A DNA stretch of 64,000 nt from NCBI GenBank assembly GCA_903887775.1, contig CAISRB010000032.1:24853-88852 (forward strand), written 5' to 3'. The position numbers and the translations under genes were made by a program. This DNA is from an uncultured Bacteroidales bacterium. GTDB taxonomy: Bacteria > Bacteroidota > Bacteroidia > Bacteroidales > FEN-979. Position 1 is the stretch's first letter. The number at the start of each line of letters is the position of its first letter. This document shows positions 20,194 through 29,567 of the stretch, piece by piece. The notes beneath the pieces were generated by a model. It searched no databases and was not told where the DNA came from. It saw only the letters and a program-made list of their open reading frames with translations.

Positions 20194-21249
20194 TTATTCC
20201 GGTTCCTGCTGGCTCAGGCAATGCCATGATCCCAGTCCCCAGATGATCTCAACTGAATCTATCCCGACAACTTTGCGGCCGGGGAAACATTGCTGAAGTA
20301 TCCTCATAGCCTGCTCATCCTGCTTGCAGCGGTACAGAGGAACTATCACCGAATTGTTCGAGATATAAAAATTGGCATATGAAGCCGGCAGCCGCTGGTC
20401 CTCGAACACCACCGGATCAGGCATGGGGAGTTCAACAATATCAGCTTGCCTGCCATTTAGGAGGCGGAAAGTCTTCAGCTTTTTCAGGTTAGCTTCAAGA
20501 ATCGCATGATTGGGGTCAAGATGGTTCGGTTCCACCATAGTGATCAACCCATCGGGTTTGAAAAAGCGGGTTATGTCATCAATATGGCCGTTGGTATCGT
20601 CACCTTCAATGCCATCCTCGAGCCATAATACCTGGCTGATGCCATAAAAATTCATCAGGTATTCCTCTATCTCATGTTGTAACAGCTGTGGATTGCGGTT
20701 TTCGTGAAGCAGGCAGGCCGTTGTTGTCAGCAGAGTCCCTTCCCCGTTGAAATCAACTGCCCCTCCCTCCATCACGATGCCGGGATAATATACCGGAAGA
20801 TCGAGGAATTTACCAACCAGGCCGGGGATTTGTTCATCCAGTTCGTGAGGATATTTATCACCCCAGGCATTATATCGCCAGCTCACGATCACCTTAGGCT
20901 TTTCAGCCTTTTGATTGATGAGGAAGGCAGGGCCATGATCGCGGCACCAGGCGTCGTTTGTGGGATGGATCAGAAAATCAATCGTTGACAGGTCTATACC
21001 TCCCGACTCCAGTTCCTCCATTACTTTAATTTTAAACCCTTCATTCCTGATATTGAGGCAAACCCTCTCCCCTTTTGAAAGTTCCTTTATAAAGGCATGG
21101 TAATAGGGGTATATATTCTGAAGAGTGCCCGGCCAGGAATAGGAATCATCATGCGGATAACTCAGCCATGTGGCCCTGTGGGTATGCCATTCGGCAGGAA
21201 AATTGTAGCCAAGGTCTTTCGGAGTGGGATGCACAATACCGTTTTTCAT
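20194..21249 (-). CDS. aguA: agmatine deiminase
   Basis: 351 aa. The N-terminal pattern FPAEWHTHRATWLSYPH and the C-terminal GSWHCLSQQ active-site Cys region fit the Porphyromonas-type peptidylarginine/agmatine deiminase family. Confidence 0.9.
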   Translation of the reverse strand: MKNGIVHPTPKDLGYNFPAEWHTHRATWLSYPHDDSYSWPGTLQNIYPYYHAFIKELSKGERVCLNIRNEGFKIKVMEELESGGIDLSTIDFLIHPTNDAWCRDHGPAFLINQKAEKPKVIVSWRYNAWGDKYPHELDEQIPGLVGKFLDLPVYYPGIVMEGGAVDFNGEGTLLTTTACLLHENRNPQLLQHEIEEYLMNFYGISQVLWLEDGIEGDDTNGHIDDITRFFKPDGLITMVEPNHLDPNHAILEANLKKLKTFRLLNGRQADIVELPMPDPVVFEDQRLPASYANFYISNNSVIVPLYRCKQDEQAMRILQQCFPGRKVVGIDSVEIIWGLGSWHCLSQQEPE

Positions 21250-21265
21250 GACAGGAAGGATCTTG

Positions 21266-22153
21266 TTAAATCAGGTCAGCGGAATCATCGATGAAGCGGC
21301 TCATCACAGGCCTGTAGCTGTCGATCCGCCTGTCGCGAAGAAAGGGCCAGTGAACCCGGATCTCATCAATCATCCCCAGCTTAAGTTCCAGCACATGCAC
21401 TTCTTCCCTGTCATGGGAAGCCTGGAACATAAGGTCGCCAAAGGGAGAGGAAACAAAAGAACCGCCCCAGAAATTCATTTGGCCTTCGATGCCTGTACGG
21501 TTAACGGAAACAATATACACTCCGTTGGCAACAGCATGCCCCCTTTGAACAGTCTGCCAGGCCTGGTATTGCTGCCGGTTTGTTTCGGCGTCCTGGTTTG
21601 TTGCCCAGCCGATAGCGGTCGGATAAAAAATGATCTCGGCCCCTTTCAGGGCAACGATACGTGCTGCTTCGGGATACCATTGATCCCAGCAGATCAGGGT
21701 GCCTATGCGGCCATATTTTGTTTTAAAAACCTGGTATCCGCCATCTCCCGGAGTGAAGTAGAATTTCTCGTAATAACCGGGGTCATCGGGAATATGATGT
21801 TTGCGGTACCTGCCAAGGTATTTTCCATCGGCATCGATCACGGCAACGGTATTGTGGTAAATGCCCCGGGCTCTTTTCTCAAAAAGGGAAACAACAAGAA
21901 CGACGTTGAGCTCAGCTGCCAGCTCCCGGAAAAGTTTGGTCGTCGGACCGGGTACGGCCTCAGCCTGATTGAAATAATCATAATTCTCTTCCCAGCAGAA
22001 ATACCTCGATAAAAATAATTCCTGAAGGCAGATGATCTGAGCCCCTTTCGCAGCAGCTTCCCTTATCCTGCTCACCGATTTCTCAAGGTTGTTGGCCATA
22101 TCAGCCACACAGCTCATCTGGATCAAACCTGCGATTACGTTCTTACCTGACAT
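21266..22153 (-). CDS. aguB: N-carbamoylputrescine amidase (carbon-nitrogen hydrolase)
   Basis: 295 aa nitrilase-superfamily protein (CLQELF, ICWDQWYPE catalytic Cys region). It is adjacent to and co-directional with aguA. Confidence 0.9.
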   Translation of the reverse strand: MSGKNVIAGLIQMSCVADMANNLEKSVSRIREAAAKGAQIICLQELFLSRYFCWEENYDYFNQAEAVPGPTTKLFRELAAELNVVLVVSLFEKRARGIYHNTVAVIDADGKYLGRYRKHHIPDDPGYYEKFYFTPGDGGYQVFKTKYGRIGTLICWDQWYPEAARIVALKGAEIIFYPTAIGWATNQDAETNRQQYQAWQTVQRGHAVANGVYIVSVNRTGIEGQMNFWGGSFVSSPFGDLMFQASHDREEVHVLELKLGMIDEIRVHWPFLRDRRIDSYRPVMSRFIDDSADLI

Positions 22154-22172
22154 CCGAAGTGAAAATTATCCG

Positions 22173-23108
22173 TTAAAAATGAAGCATGAACTTCTTTGTA
22201 AATGTTTTCCCGTCATGCTGAACAGCCAGGATATACAATCCCTGCCTCAGGCCTGTATACGGGATCACCTGGCGGCCGCAGGCAATCGAAACCGGGCCCT
22301 GTGAAGCAACCTCCAACCCGCTCATGTCATATAACCGCGAAACAACATTCCGGGCCGTCGGGAAATCGCAGAATACGATCAGGCGGCTGGTCTCCTTATC
22401 CTGGTAAACCGAGATCCCGGCCGAGGGATCCTGCTCGCTGAAGCCAACTGTATAATCGAGGTACAGATCATCCACATAAAGTGTTGTATTGGGATGCATA
22501 TCGGTTTGTGCACTTGACAAGGCAACGATGTTCATTGTATCAGCAGTCTTGTCGCTATTATAGATGATCCAGGCCGAAAAATGGGTCCAGTCAGTTACCG
22601 TGGCTGTCGTACTGAAATATCCGATGGCAATGGTATCCCTCACCCCGCTTTCTGTTTTGTAAAGAATCATGCCGATGGCGCAGGAATCCCCTCCGACAGG
22701 CTGGTATTTGTAATATCCCATAAGGTGAGTGGGACGGTCATTGATGGGCGAACCCCCGGTCACCGAAAAGGTCTGGTTTATGAGATCGGCATGAAGCTTT
22801 CCAAGGGTAATGAATCCAGGACAGTCAAACGAAGCGCCGGGTATGTTAATGGCCTTCGTTATCAACTTTGCAGAATACAATCCTGTGTAATGATCGGCCG
22901 ACATGAAAACCACAGGCTGACCGAAAAACGGGATGGTCATCAGTATCGAATCAGGTGAATCCCAGTAAGCAGGGTTGCTGTAATTGGAATGTACTCTCCA
23001 GGCCTCAAAATCCCCGTTGGGAATAGTCGTCTGTGCATTTACAAGGGCTGGCGCCATTGATATGGCTGCAATAAAAGACAGTAAAGTATATAATCTCAGG
23101 ATTTTCAT
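22173..23108 (-). CDS. secreted hypothetical protein with T9SS type-A C-terminal sorting domain (PCMD-like N-terminal region)
   Basis: Signal peptide. The N-terminal IPNGDFEAWRV...YWDSPD resembles the putative carbohydrate metabolism domain. The C-terminal roughly 80 aa (...GLYILAVQHDGKTFTKKFMLHF) has the Por secretion tail pattern. Confidence 0.6.
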   Translation of the reverse strand: MKILRLYTLLSFIAAISMAPALVNAQTTIPNGDFEAWRVHSNYSNPAYWDSPDSILMTIPFFGQPVVFMSADHYTGLYSAKLITKAINIPGASFDCPGFITLGKLHADLINQTFSVTGGSPINDRPTHLMGYYKYQPVGGDSCAIGMILYKTESGVRDTIAIGYFSTTATVTDWTHFSAWIIYNSDKTADTMNIVALSSAQTDMHPNTTLYVDDLYLDYTVGFSEQDPSAGISVYQDKETSRLIVFCDFPTARNVVSRLYDMSGLEVASQGPVSIACGRQVIPYTGLRQGLYILAVQHDGKTFTKKFMLHF

Positions 23109-23186
23109 AAATACTATGCCCCAGTAATTGCGGTTTAAAGTGTAAAAATAACATAAAACCCCCTAACTTTGAAAAAATAATTCCTT

Positions 23187-25166
23187 ATGAGGCCGGGCCT
23201 GCTTTTTGCTTTTCTTATTGCGGCTTTACCATTTGCTAACATGGCGCAGGCTGACGGAATGCAGGTTGACTCCTGCAAACTCACCCTTGATAAAAAACTT
23301 GAAAAAAAATACAACGATGCCACGATCAGCTTCAAGCATGGTAACTTCGTAAATACAATTATCCTGCTTAAGGAAGTTCTCAAAGAGGAACCAGGTTATA
23401 CTGATGCCGCTTACCTGATGGGCCTGGCCAATGTCAAAAAAGCAACACCGAATTACAGGGATTCTGAGAAGTGGTTCCTGCAGGTGCTCACCACCTGCCC
23501 AACTTATGATATTTACCTGTATTTCTATCTTGGGCAGATCGCATACGGAGCTGAACGTTACGAAGATGCCGTGAAATACCTTGAGGTCTTTCTTAAAGAT
23601 GTCGACAGGATAAAAAGCGATGAAGATTATGACAAGGCCACAGAACTTATTAAATATGCAAAGTTCACGGTTGATGTGGTCTCCCATCCTGTTCCTTTTG
23701 ACCCAAAGGTGGTGGAAGGCATTTCCACCCCACAGGATGAATACCTTCCAATTCTTTCTCCTGATAACCAGGTGGCTTTGTTTACGAGGGTAGTGAAACT
23801 TGAAGGAGATAAGAATTCGGTGGTATCCTCGGCAAGGAGCAGGGAGAAATTCATGTTCAGCGAACAGGGCAGGGACGGCAGCTTTGGCCCGGGCGAAGAA
23901 ATGCCCGAACCGTTCAACATCCAGGACAATGAAGGAGGCGCTACGCTTACCGCCGATAATAATTTTCTGTATTACACGGTTTGCAAGTATGATAATGCAA
24001 AGCATTACCTTAACTGTGACATTTACTATTCGGAAAGGGTTGACGGCGACTGGACTCCGATAAAAAGTGTGAGCGACAAGATAAACCTGCCTTATTCATG
24101 GGAATCACAGCCCAGCATTTCGGCGGATGGCAGAACGCTGTATTTTGTAAGCGACCGTCAGGGAGGGTTCGGGGGCTACGATATCTACCGTTCAATAAAA
24201 ACTGCAAACGGTGAATGGGGAACCCCGATCAACCTGGGTCCGGTCATCAATTCAAAAGGCAATGAAAAGTCTCCTTTCATTCATCCTGATGGCAGGACTC
24301 TTTATTTTTCTTCGGATGGGTGGATAGGGCTCGGGGGTTACGACATTTTTTATTCAAGGATGAACGATAACGGCAGCTGGTCAAAAGCCAGAAACATTGG
24401 CTATCCCATCAATTCGCCGGATGATGAGGTCGGTTTTTTTGTGAGTACCGACGGGACGAAAGGCTTCTTCGCCTCAAATAAATATAATGGAAAAGGAGGA
24501 TGGGATCTGTATTCCTTTAACCTGTATGAAGATGCCCGGCCCGACAGGATACTTTTCCTGAAGGGTACGGTTCGAGAAGAGAATACGACTGAACCTGTAA
24601 AAGCCAGGATAGAACTGAAAAATGTGGAGACCAAAAAAGTGGAAGAGATACCCCTGGATACGAATACAGGGAATTACTTTGCCGTTGCACCTTATAATAC
24701 CGATTACGTGATGACGGTAAAAAAGGAAGGCTTTGTATACGAGACGAAGTATATTGCGAAGGTCGACAGTTCACACCCTGTGGTCAGGAATGTGGATGTA
24801 GATATCAAACCCATTGAACTTAACCAGTCTTACCGCATCAATGATATTTACTTCGGATTTAACAAATCGGACCTTAACGGGGAATCGAAGTCCGTGCTTG
24901 ACCAGCTGATCGAATTCCTTAGTGAAAACCCTGCAATTTGCATACAGATACAGGGTCATACCGACAATATAGGCAACGATGCAGAGAACCTCAGTCTTTC
25001 CGAGAACCGCGCCCGTTCAGTTTATAATTACCTGGTAATAAAGGGGATCTCGGCAAAACGCCTGATGTATAAAGGCTTTGGGAAGACCATGCCTGTTGCT
25101 GACAATAATACGGAAGAAGGCAGGGCCAAAAACAGGCGGACGGTGTTTGTGATCACTAAGAAGTAG
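23187..25166 (+). CDS. OmpA family protein with TPR and TolB-like (PD40) repeats
   Basis: 659 aa with a signal peptide and TPR-like N-terminus. It has repeated SxDGxTLYFxSDR..GxGGxDI(Y/F) PD40 units. The C-terminal OmpA domain shows GHTDNIGNDAENLSLSENRA..V..YL and GRAKNRRTVF. Confidence 0.85.
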   Translation: MRPGLLFAFLIAALPFANMAQADGMQVDSCKLTLDKKLEKKYNDATISFKHGNFVNTIILLKEVLKEEPGYTDAAYLMGLANVKKATPNYRDSEKWFLQVLTTCPTYDIYLYFYLGQIAYGAERYEDAVKYLEVFLKDVDRIKSDEDYDKATELIKYAKFTVDVVSHPVPFDPKVVEGISTPQDEYLPILSPDNQVALFTRVVKLEGDKNSVVSSARSREKFMFSEQGRDGSFGPGEEMPEPFNIQDNEGGATLTADNNFLYYTVCKYDNAKHYLNCDIYYSERVDGDWTPIKSVSDKINLPYSWESQPSISADGRTLYFVSDRQGGFGGYDIYRSIKTANGEWGTPINLGPVINSKGNEKSPFIHPDGRTLYFSSDGWIGLGGYDIFYSRMNDNGSWSKARNIGYPINSPDDEVGFFVSTDGTKGFFASNKYNGKGGWDLYSFNLYEDARPDRILFLKGTVREENTTEPVKARIELKNVETKKVEEIPLDTNTGNYFAVAPYNTDYVMTVKKEGFVYETKYIAKVDSSHPVVRNVDVDIKPIELNQSYRINDIYFGFNKSDLNGESKSVLDQLIEFLSENPAICIQIQGHTDNIGNDAENLSLSENRARSVYNYLVIKGISAKRLMYKGFGKTMPVADNNTEEGRAKNRRTVFVITKK

Positions 25167-25392
25167 CGAAATTGTACTGAGCGAAGCATTATAAACAAGC
25201 CGCATCAGGTGGAGGGTAGGGAGCATTTTGCGTAAGCGGCCTCAGGTGGAGCGCAGCGACACCGTAGCCGCGACGCAAAGATGCGACCGTATAGCGACAC
25301 CGTAGCCGCGACGCAAAGATGCGACCGTATAGCGACACCGTAGCTGCGACACAAATATGCGAGTAAAAGCGGCGGTGTAAAAATGCGAGCGA
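25167..25392. repeat. composite dispersed intergenic repeat, copy A (includes 3 x 38-bp tandem units)
   Basis: It starts immediately after the OmpA stop and ends at the ribH stop. It contains GAGCGAAGCA, two AAGC(C/G)GC(A/C)TCAGGTGGA blocks and three 38-bp units GCGACACCGTAGCCGCGACGCAAAGATGCGACCGTATA (25256-25369). It is the reverse complement of the elements at 34210-34424 and 57237-57413. Confidence 0.85.
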
Positions 25393-25854
25393 TTATATTT
25401 CCTTCACCACATTCGCCATTTCGATAGCAGCAAGCGCTGCATCAAACCCTTTGTTTCCGCTTTTCGTGCCGGCTCTTTCGATAGCCTGTTCAATATTATC
25501 AGTCGTAAGCACACCATAGATCACGGGTACTCCTGAATCCATGCCGGCTGCAGCTACACCTTTCGATACCTCGGCTGCGACATAGTCGAAATGAGGCGTT
25601 GCCCCGCGGATCACTGCCCCCAGGCATATTACTGCGTTGTATTTCCCACTTGTTGCAAGTTTTTTGGCTAAGAGTGGGATCTCGAACGATCCCGGAGCCC
25701 AAACCAGGTCTATCGCTGCCTCATCGGCACCATGGCGTTTCAGTCCGTCAAGACATCCACTCAGCAGTTTCCCGCTTATGAACTCATTGAAACGTGCGAT
25801 CACGATTGCAAATTTCAATCCTTTCGCATCCAGTTTTCCTTCAATTGTACGCAT
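25393..25854 (-). CDS. ribH: 6,7-dimethyl-8-ribityllumazine synthase
   Basis: 153 aa. The pattern [12 protein letters not shown]..., [10 protein letters not shown] and [14 protein letters not shown] is canonical for RibH. Confidence 0.95.
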   Translation of the reverse strand: MRTIEGKLDAKGLKFAIVIARFNEFISGKLLSGCLDGLKRHGADEAAIDLVWAPGSFEIPLLAKKLATSGKYNAVICLGAVIRGATPHFDYVAAEVSKGVAAAGMDSGVPVIYGVLTTDNIEQAIERAGTKSGNKGFDAALAAIEMANVVKEI

Positions 25855-25880
25855 AATATTCAGTTTTAGGTTATTTTTTT

Positions 25881-25990
25881 ATGAGGCATGTGCCATGAGA
25901 CATGAGACATGAGCCACGAGGCATGAGGCATGAGCCATGAGCCACGAGCCATTAACTTTTTCGCTTTTCGCTTCTCGCTTCTCACTTTTT
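25881..25990. repeat. two adjacent heptamer arrays (10 x ATGAGNC, then 5 x TTYTCRC) in the ribBA-ribH spacer
   Basis: 25881-25950 reads atgaggc atgtgcc atgagac atgagac atgagcc acgaggc atgaggc atgagcc atgagcc acgagcc. 25957-25990 reads ttttcgc ttttcgc ttctcgc ttctcac ttttttc. Confidence 0.9.
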
Positions 25991-25993
25991 TCA

Positions 25994-27232
25994 TCAGCTT
26001 CTTCCCAACTCTCCAACTTTCACTTCCTCGAGCACCAGCATATGCCCCATCTTTTCTTTCTTCGTCCTGAGGTACTTCAGGTTGCGTGAATGTTTGATAA
26101 TCTGTATGGGAACACGCTCGACTATTTCAAGTCCGAAACCATGTATCCCGGACAATTTTTTAGGGTTGTTTGTCAGCAACCTGATTTTTTTAATTCCCAG
26201 GTCAGCCAGGATCTCAGCCCCGGTACCATAATCGCGGAGGTCGGCTGCAAACCCGAGAGCATTGTTTGCCTCCACCGTATCCATGCCTTTATCCTGAAGG
26301 GAGTAAGCTTTCATTTTATTCGGGAAGCCAATACCCCGTCCTTCCTGGCGCATATATAACAAAACCCCCCTTCCCTCATTGATAATAGCTTTCATCGCAT
26401 AATCAAGCTGGTCTCCGCAATCGCAGCGCATCGAACCGAACACATCGCCGGTAAGACATTCGGAATGAACACGAACCAGTATCGGTTCACTGCCGTCCAC
26501 CTTGCCCCTGACCAGCGCAAGATGGTTCTCGCCATTGATCTTGCTTACATAACTGTAAGCTATGAATTCCCCGTATTTTGTCGGCATCTGCACCACGGCT
26601 TCGCGCGCTATAATCTTTTCGGTTCGCCTCCGGTAATCGATGAGGTCTTTTATCGTAATGATTTTCAGGTTATGCTTTGCTACATATTCCATAAGCTCAG
26701 GCACCCTCGCCATCGAGCCGTCTTCATTCATGATCTCACAGATAACACTTGCAGGATAAAGACCTGCCAGTTTTGCCAGGTCAACCGAGGCCTCAGTATG
26801 GCCTGCCCTGACCAGAACCCCTCCCTCCTTGTATTCGATCGGGAAGATGTGCCCCGGCCTTGTGAAATCCCTTGCGCCGGACTTGGGGTCGAGAACCTTT
26901 TTCACAGTGAGTGCTCTTTCATGAGCCGATATCCCCGTGGTGCATTCGATGGCATCGATCGAAACAGTAAACGCAGTACGGTTAGGGTCGGTATTCTTGC
27001 TTACCATGCGGTCAATGTTCAGTTCTTCAAGCCGTTCCCTGACCACAGGCAGGCATATCAGTCCGCCCCCATGCTTGGCCATGAAGTTGATAATATGAGG
27101 TGTGACTTTTTCGGCCGGTATCACCAGGTCGCCTTCGTTTTCACGATCCTCATCATCCACAATAACGATCATCCTGCCTTTGCGGAACTCTTCAACTGCT
27201 TCTTCTATCGTGTTAAAATTGAATTCAGACAT
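25994..27232 (-). CDS. ribBA: bifunctional 3,4-dihydroxy-2-butanone-4-phosphate synthase / GTP cyclohydrolase II
   Basis: 412 aa. DRENEGDL... marks the DHBP synthase half. The [19 protein letters not shown] zinc site marks the GTP cyclohydrolase II half. Confidence 0.95.
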   Translation of the reverse strand: MSEFNFNTIEEAVEEFRKGRMIVIVDDEDRENEGDLVIPAEKVTPHIINFMAKHGGGLICLPVVRERLEELNIDRMVSKNTDPNRTAFTVSIDAIECTTGISAHERALTVKKVLDPKSGARDFTRPGHIFPIEYKEGGVLVRAGHTEASVDLAKLAGLYPASVICEIMNEDGSMARVPELMEYVAKHNLKIITIKDLIDYRRRTEKIIAREAVVQMPTKYGEFIAYSYVSKINGENHLALVRGKVDGSEPILVRVHSECLTGDVFGSMRCDCGDQLDYAMKAIINEGRGVLLYMRQEGRGIGFPNKMKAYSLQDKGMDTVEANNALGFAADLRDYGTGAEILADLGIKKIRLLTNNPKKLSGIHGFGLEIVERVPIQIIKHSRNLKYLRTKKEKMGHMLVLEEVKVGELGRS

Positions 27233-27250
27233 AATTTCATTTTCTTTGTT

Positions 27251-27889
27251 TCAAAACCCGTATTGATCAAGAAACTCCCTGTTTATCCTGCCTTCCGGGC
27301 CTGTTTTACCAGTGAATTTCTCGATGTATTTCGCAACCATATCGCATTCGATATTCAGAGTATCCCCTTGCTTCTTATCTTTTAGTGTTGTTACAGCCAT
27401 CGTGTGGGGAATGAGAGAGACGTCAAACGAAGTCGCATCCGTATGAACTACCGTAAGGCTTATTCCATCCAGGGATACGGATCCTTTCGGGATCATGTAG
27501 CGGAGTATCTCAGGACCGGTTGTTACGGTGATCCATAATGCATTATCTTCTTTTTTTATCTGGTGGATCAGTCCTGTACCGTCAATATGACCGGCTACCA
27601 TATGCCCCCCCAGCCGTGACGACAGCTGAAGCGCCCGTTCAAGGTTCACCGGGTTTCCGGGTATGAGGCTCTGAAGATTGGTTCTCCGCATCGTTTCCGG
27701 CATCACATCAACCGTAAAAGAGTTCCTGCTGATTGAAGTGACTGTGAGACAGGCGCCGTTCGTATTGACGCTGTCACCCGTCTTCAGGTCCGACGCTACC
27801 ACATCCGCAGAGATCAGCATCGAAAAGGATTTTGCCCCTTTCGTTACTGACTTTACTATTCCAATTTCTTCTATTATACCTGTGAACAT
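27251..27889 (-). CDS. ribE: riboflavin synthase
   Basis: 212 aa. It shows [10 protein letters not shown], the internal duplication ([13 protein letters not shown] / [12 protein letters not shown]) and the typical RibE/RibC length. Confidence 0.95.
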   Translation of the reverse strand: MFTGIIEEIGIVKSVTKGAKSFSMLISADVVASDLKTGDSVNTNGACLTVTSISRNSFTVDVMPETMRRTNLQSLIPGNPVNLERALQLSSRLGGHMVAGHIDGTGLIHQIKKEDNALWITVTTGPEILRYMIPKGSVSLDGISLTVVHTDATSFDVSLIPHTMAVTTLKDKKQGDTLNIECDMVAKYIEKFTGKTGPEGRINREFLDQYGF

Positions 27890-27890
27890 G

Positions 27891-28064
27891 TTGGCGTTAT
27901 TGCGTTATTGCGTTCTGCGTTATTGCGTTATTGCGTTCTGCGTTCTGCGTTATTGCGTTCTGCGTTATGGCGTTATTGCGTTATTGCGTTATTGCGTTTT
28001 GCGTTATTGCGTTATGGCGTTATTGCGTTCTGCGTTCTGCGTTATTGCGTTCTGCGTTATTGCG
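27891..28064. repeat. 23-unit GCGTTATT / GCGTTCT microsatellite filling the entire ribD-ribE spacer
   Basis: The array runs from the nucleotide next to the ribD stop (28065-28067) to 1 nt from the ribE start codon (27887-27889). Units are 8 bp (GCGTTATT, with GCGTTATG variants) and 7 bp (GCGTTCT, with one GCGTTTT). A roughly 45-bp higher-order duplication is present. Confidence 0.9.
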
Positions 28065-29159
28065 TTACTTTAGGTATCCTTCAATCATCAGGTCCTCTCC
28101 CACCTTTCTGACCCTCATATCGGAAAGATTCAAAGCGTCCTCCATGGCCCTGATGCCTGAACCTCCTACCGGGGAAGGAGCAGAAGCCCCTCCAAGAATC
28201 TTTGGAGCCACAAAAGCTATTACCTTGTCAACAAGGCCATCTTTCAGCGCTGAAAAAGCCAGGGTGCTTCCGCCCTCAAGCAGAACACTGTCAATATCCA
28301 TATCGCCGAGCCGGCTAAAAAGAAATGGCAGGTCGACCCGCTGATCCTTTTCATTGCAGACCAGGACCTGGGCTCCCCTCCTCCTGATCTCGTTAATTTT
28401 ATCGGTTGCTGCTTTTCCGGTAGTGGCGAACAGGCAAAGCTGGGGTTCGTTCGTAAGGACCCGGGCTTCAAGGGGTACCCTGAGCCCTGAGTCTGCAATG
28501 ATCTTTAACGGCATTTTCCGCTTTTTTCCAGTCAGCCTAACATTTAGCAGGGGGTCGTCATAAATCACGGTATCTGCACCTACCATTACGGAGCTCATAC
28601 CATGCCTGAGCCTGTGGACGATGTTTCTCGATTTCACGCCGGTGATCCACCGTGAAGCATTATCCACAGTGGCGATTTTACCATCGAGGGTCATCGCAAA
28701 CTTAAAAATTACAAAAGGCTTGTGCGTGGTGATGAACTTAATGAAGACTTCATTCAGCTTTTTGCATTCTTTTTCCAGTATTCCTGTTTGAACTTCTATT
28801 CCATGCTGCCGCAGGAATGCCGTGCCTTTCCCGTTTACCAATGGATTCGGGTCCTGCATGCCTATCGTAACCTTTTTTATACCACTGCGGATGATGAGCC
28901 CGGTGCAGGGAGGCGTTTTTCCCTGATGGCAACAGGGTTCGAGATTGACATAAAGTTCAGCGCCTTCAGCCTGTGCACCAGCCTGTGCAATGGCATTCAC
29001 TTCGGCATGGGCGGCGCCGAATTCTGTGTGCCATCCCTCGCCGATAATCACTCCATCCTTCATCACAACCGCACCAACGAGTGGGTTTGGAGAGACAAAT
29101 CCTGCCCCCCTGGCTGCAAGGGCCAGAACACGTTTCATAGTTTTCGTGGCAGTCATCAT
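28065..29159 (-). CDS. ribD: bifunctional diaminohydroxyphosphoribosylaminopyrimidine deaminase / 5-amino-6-(5-phosphoribosylamino)uracil reductase
   Basis: 364 aa. The deaminase zinc motifs HAEVNA and LEPCCHQGKTPPC are present, followed by a C-terminal reductase domain. Confidence 0.95.
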   Translation of the reverse strand: MMTATKTMKRVLALAARGAGFVSPNPLVGAVVMKDGVIIGEGWHTEFGAAHAEVNAIAQAGAQAEGAELYVNLEPCCHQGKTPPCTGLIIRSGIKKVTIGMQDPNPLVNGKGTAFLRQHGIEVQTGILEKECKKLNEVFIKFITTHKPFVIFKFAMTLDGKIATVDNASRWITGVKSRNIVHRLRHGMSSVMVGADTVIYDDPLLNVRLTGKKRKMPLKIIADSGLRVPLEARVLTNEPQLCLFATTGKAATDKINEIRRRGAQVLVCNEKDQRVDLPFLFSRLGDMDIDSVLLEGGSTLAFSALKDGLVDKVIAFVAPKILGGASAPSPVGGSGIRAMEDALNLSDMRVRKVGEDLMIEGYLK

Positions 29160-29190
29160 AGTTTAGTTTCCGGTCGGGCCAGGTCCGGTC

Positions 29191-29230
29191 ATAAAAAAAA
29201 CAGAGCCCAAAAACGAATTTCAGGGCTCTG
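29191..29230 (-). terminator. riboswitch-associated intrinsic terminator (attenuator)
   Basis: On the minus strand it reads CAGAGCCC-tgaaattcgttttt-GGGCTCTG followed by TTTTTTTTAT. It lies between the FMN aptamer and the ribD start. Confidence 0.7.
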
Positions 29231-29274
29231 AGTAAAAACCAAAAAACATGAGGGTATGTTACCTCAATATCCAA

Positions 29275-29420
29275 AGTCTTCTTCCATCCAGACTGTAACT
29301 GTCGGTACCGTAGTTTCAACGGTTCCCTCCGAAAATAAATGAATGATTCTGCATCCACAGATCTCCGGAATCGCGGACTTTACCGCCGATCGGGAATTTC
29401 ACCCTGCCCTGAAGATTATA
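29275..29420 (-). promoter_or_regulatory. FMN riboswitch (RFN element)
   Basis: The minus strand reads TCTTCAGGGCAGGGTGAAATTCCCGATCGGCGGTAAAGTCCGCGA...GGAACCGTTGAAACTACGGTACCGACAGTTACAGTCTGGATGGAAGAAGA. This is the conserved RFN core with P1 pairing TCTTC/GAAGA. It sits directly upstream of the rib operon. Confidence 0.92.
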
Positions 29421-29567
29421 TCTCAAAAAGAACGAAATTCAAATCAATAAGTTCCTGGTTTAGCCAGTCCTCCGGGCCCGCAGCAAGCTGCAGAATTTTA
29501 CCAGGAGGGATTTGTTGTGCAAATATACAACATCTTTAGCATCTGTTAATGAATTCACAAATATTTT

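Noticed and set aside
27891-28064. Whether the repeat arrays at 20108-20191, 25881-25990, 27891-28064 and 57414-57508 are CRISPR arrays.
   Set aside because: Units are 7-8 bp and contiguous with no spacers. There are no cas genes and no leader. They are microsatellites, not CRISPR.
27678-28344. ORFs 27678-28073, 27908-28111 and 27931-28344, which encode LRYCVLRYCV-type peptides.
   Set aside because: They are translations of the GCGTT microsatellite and of the antisense strands of ribE and ribD. There is no independent coding signal.
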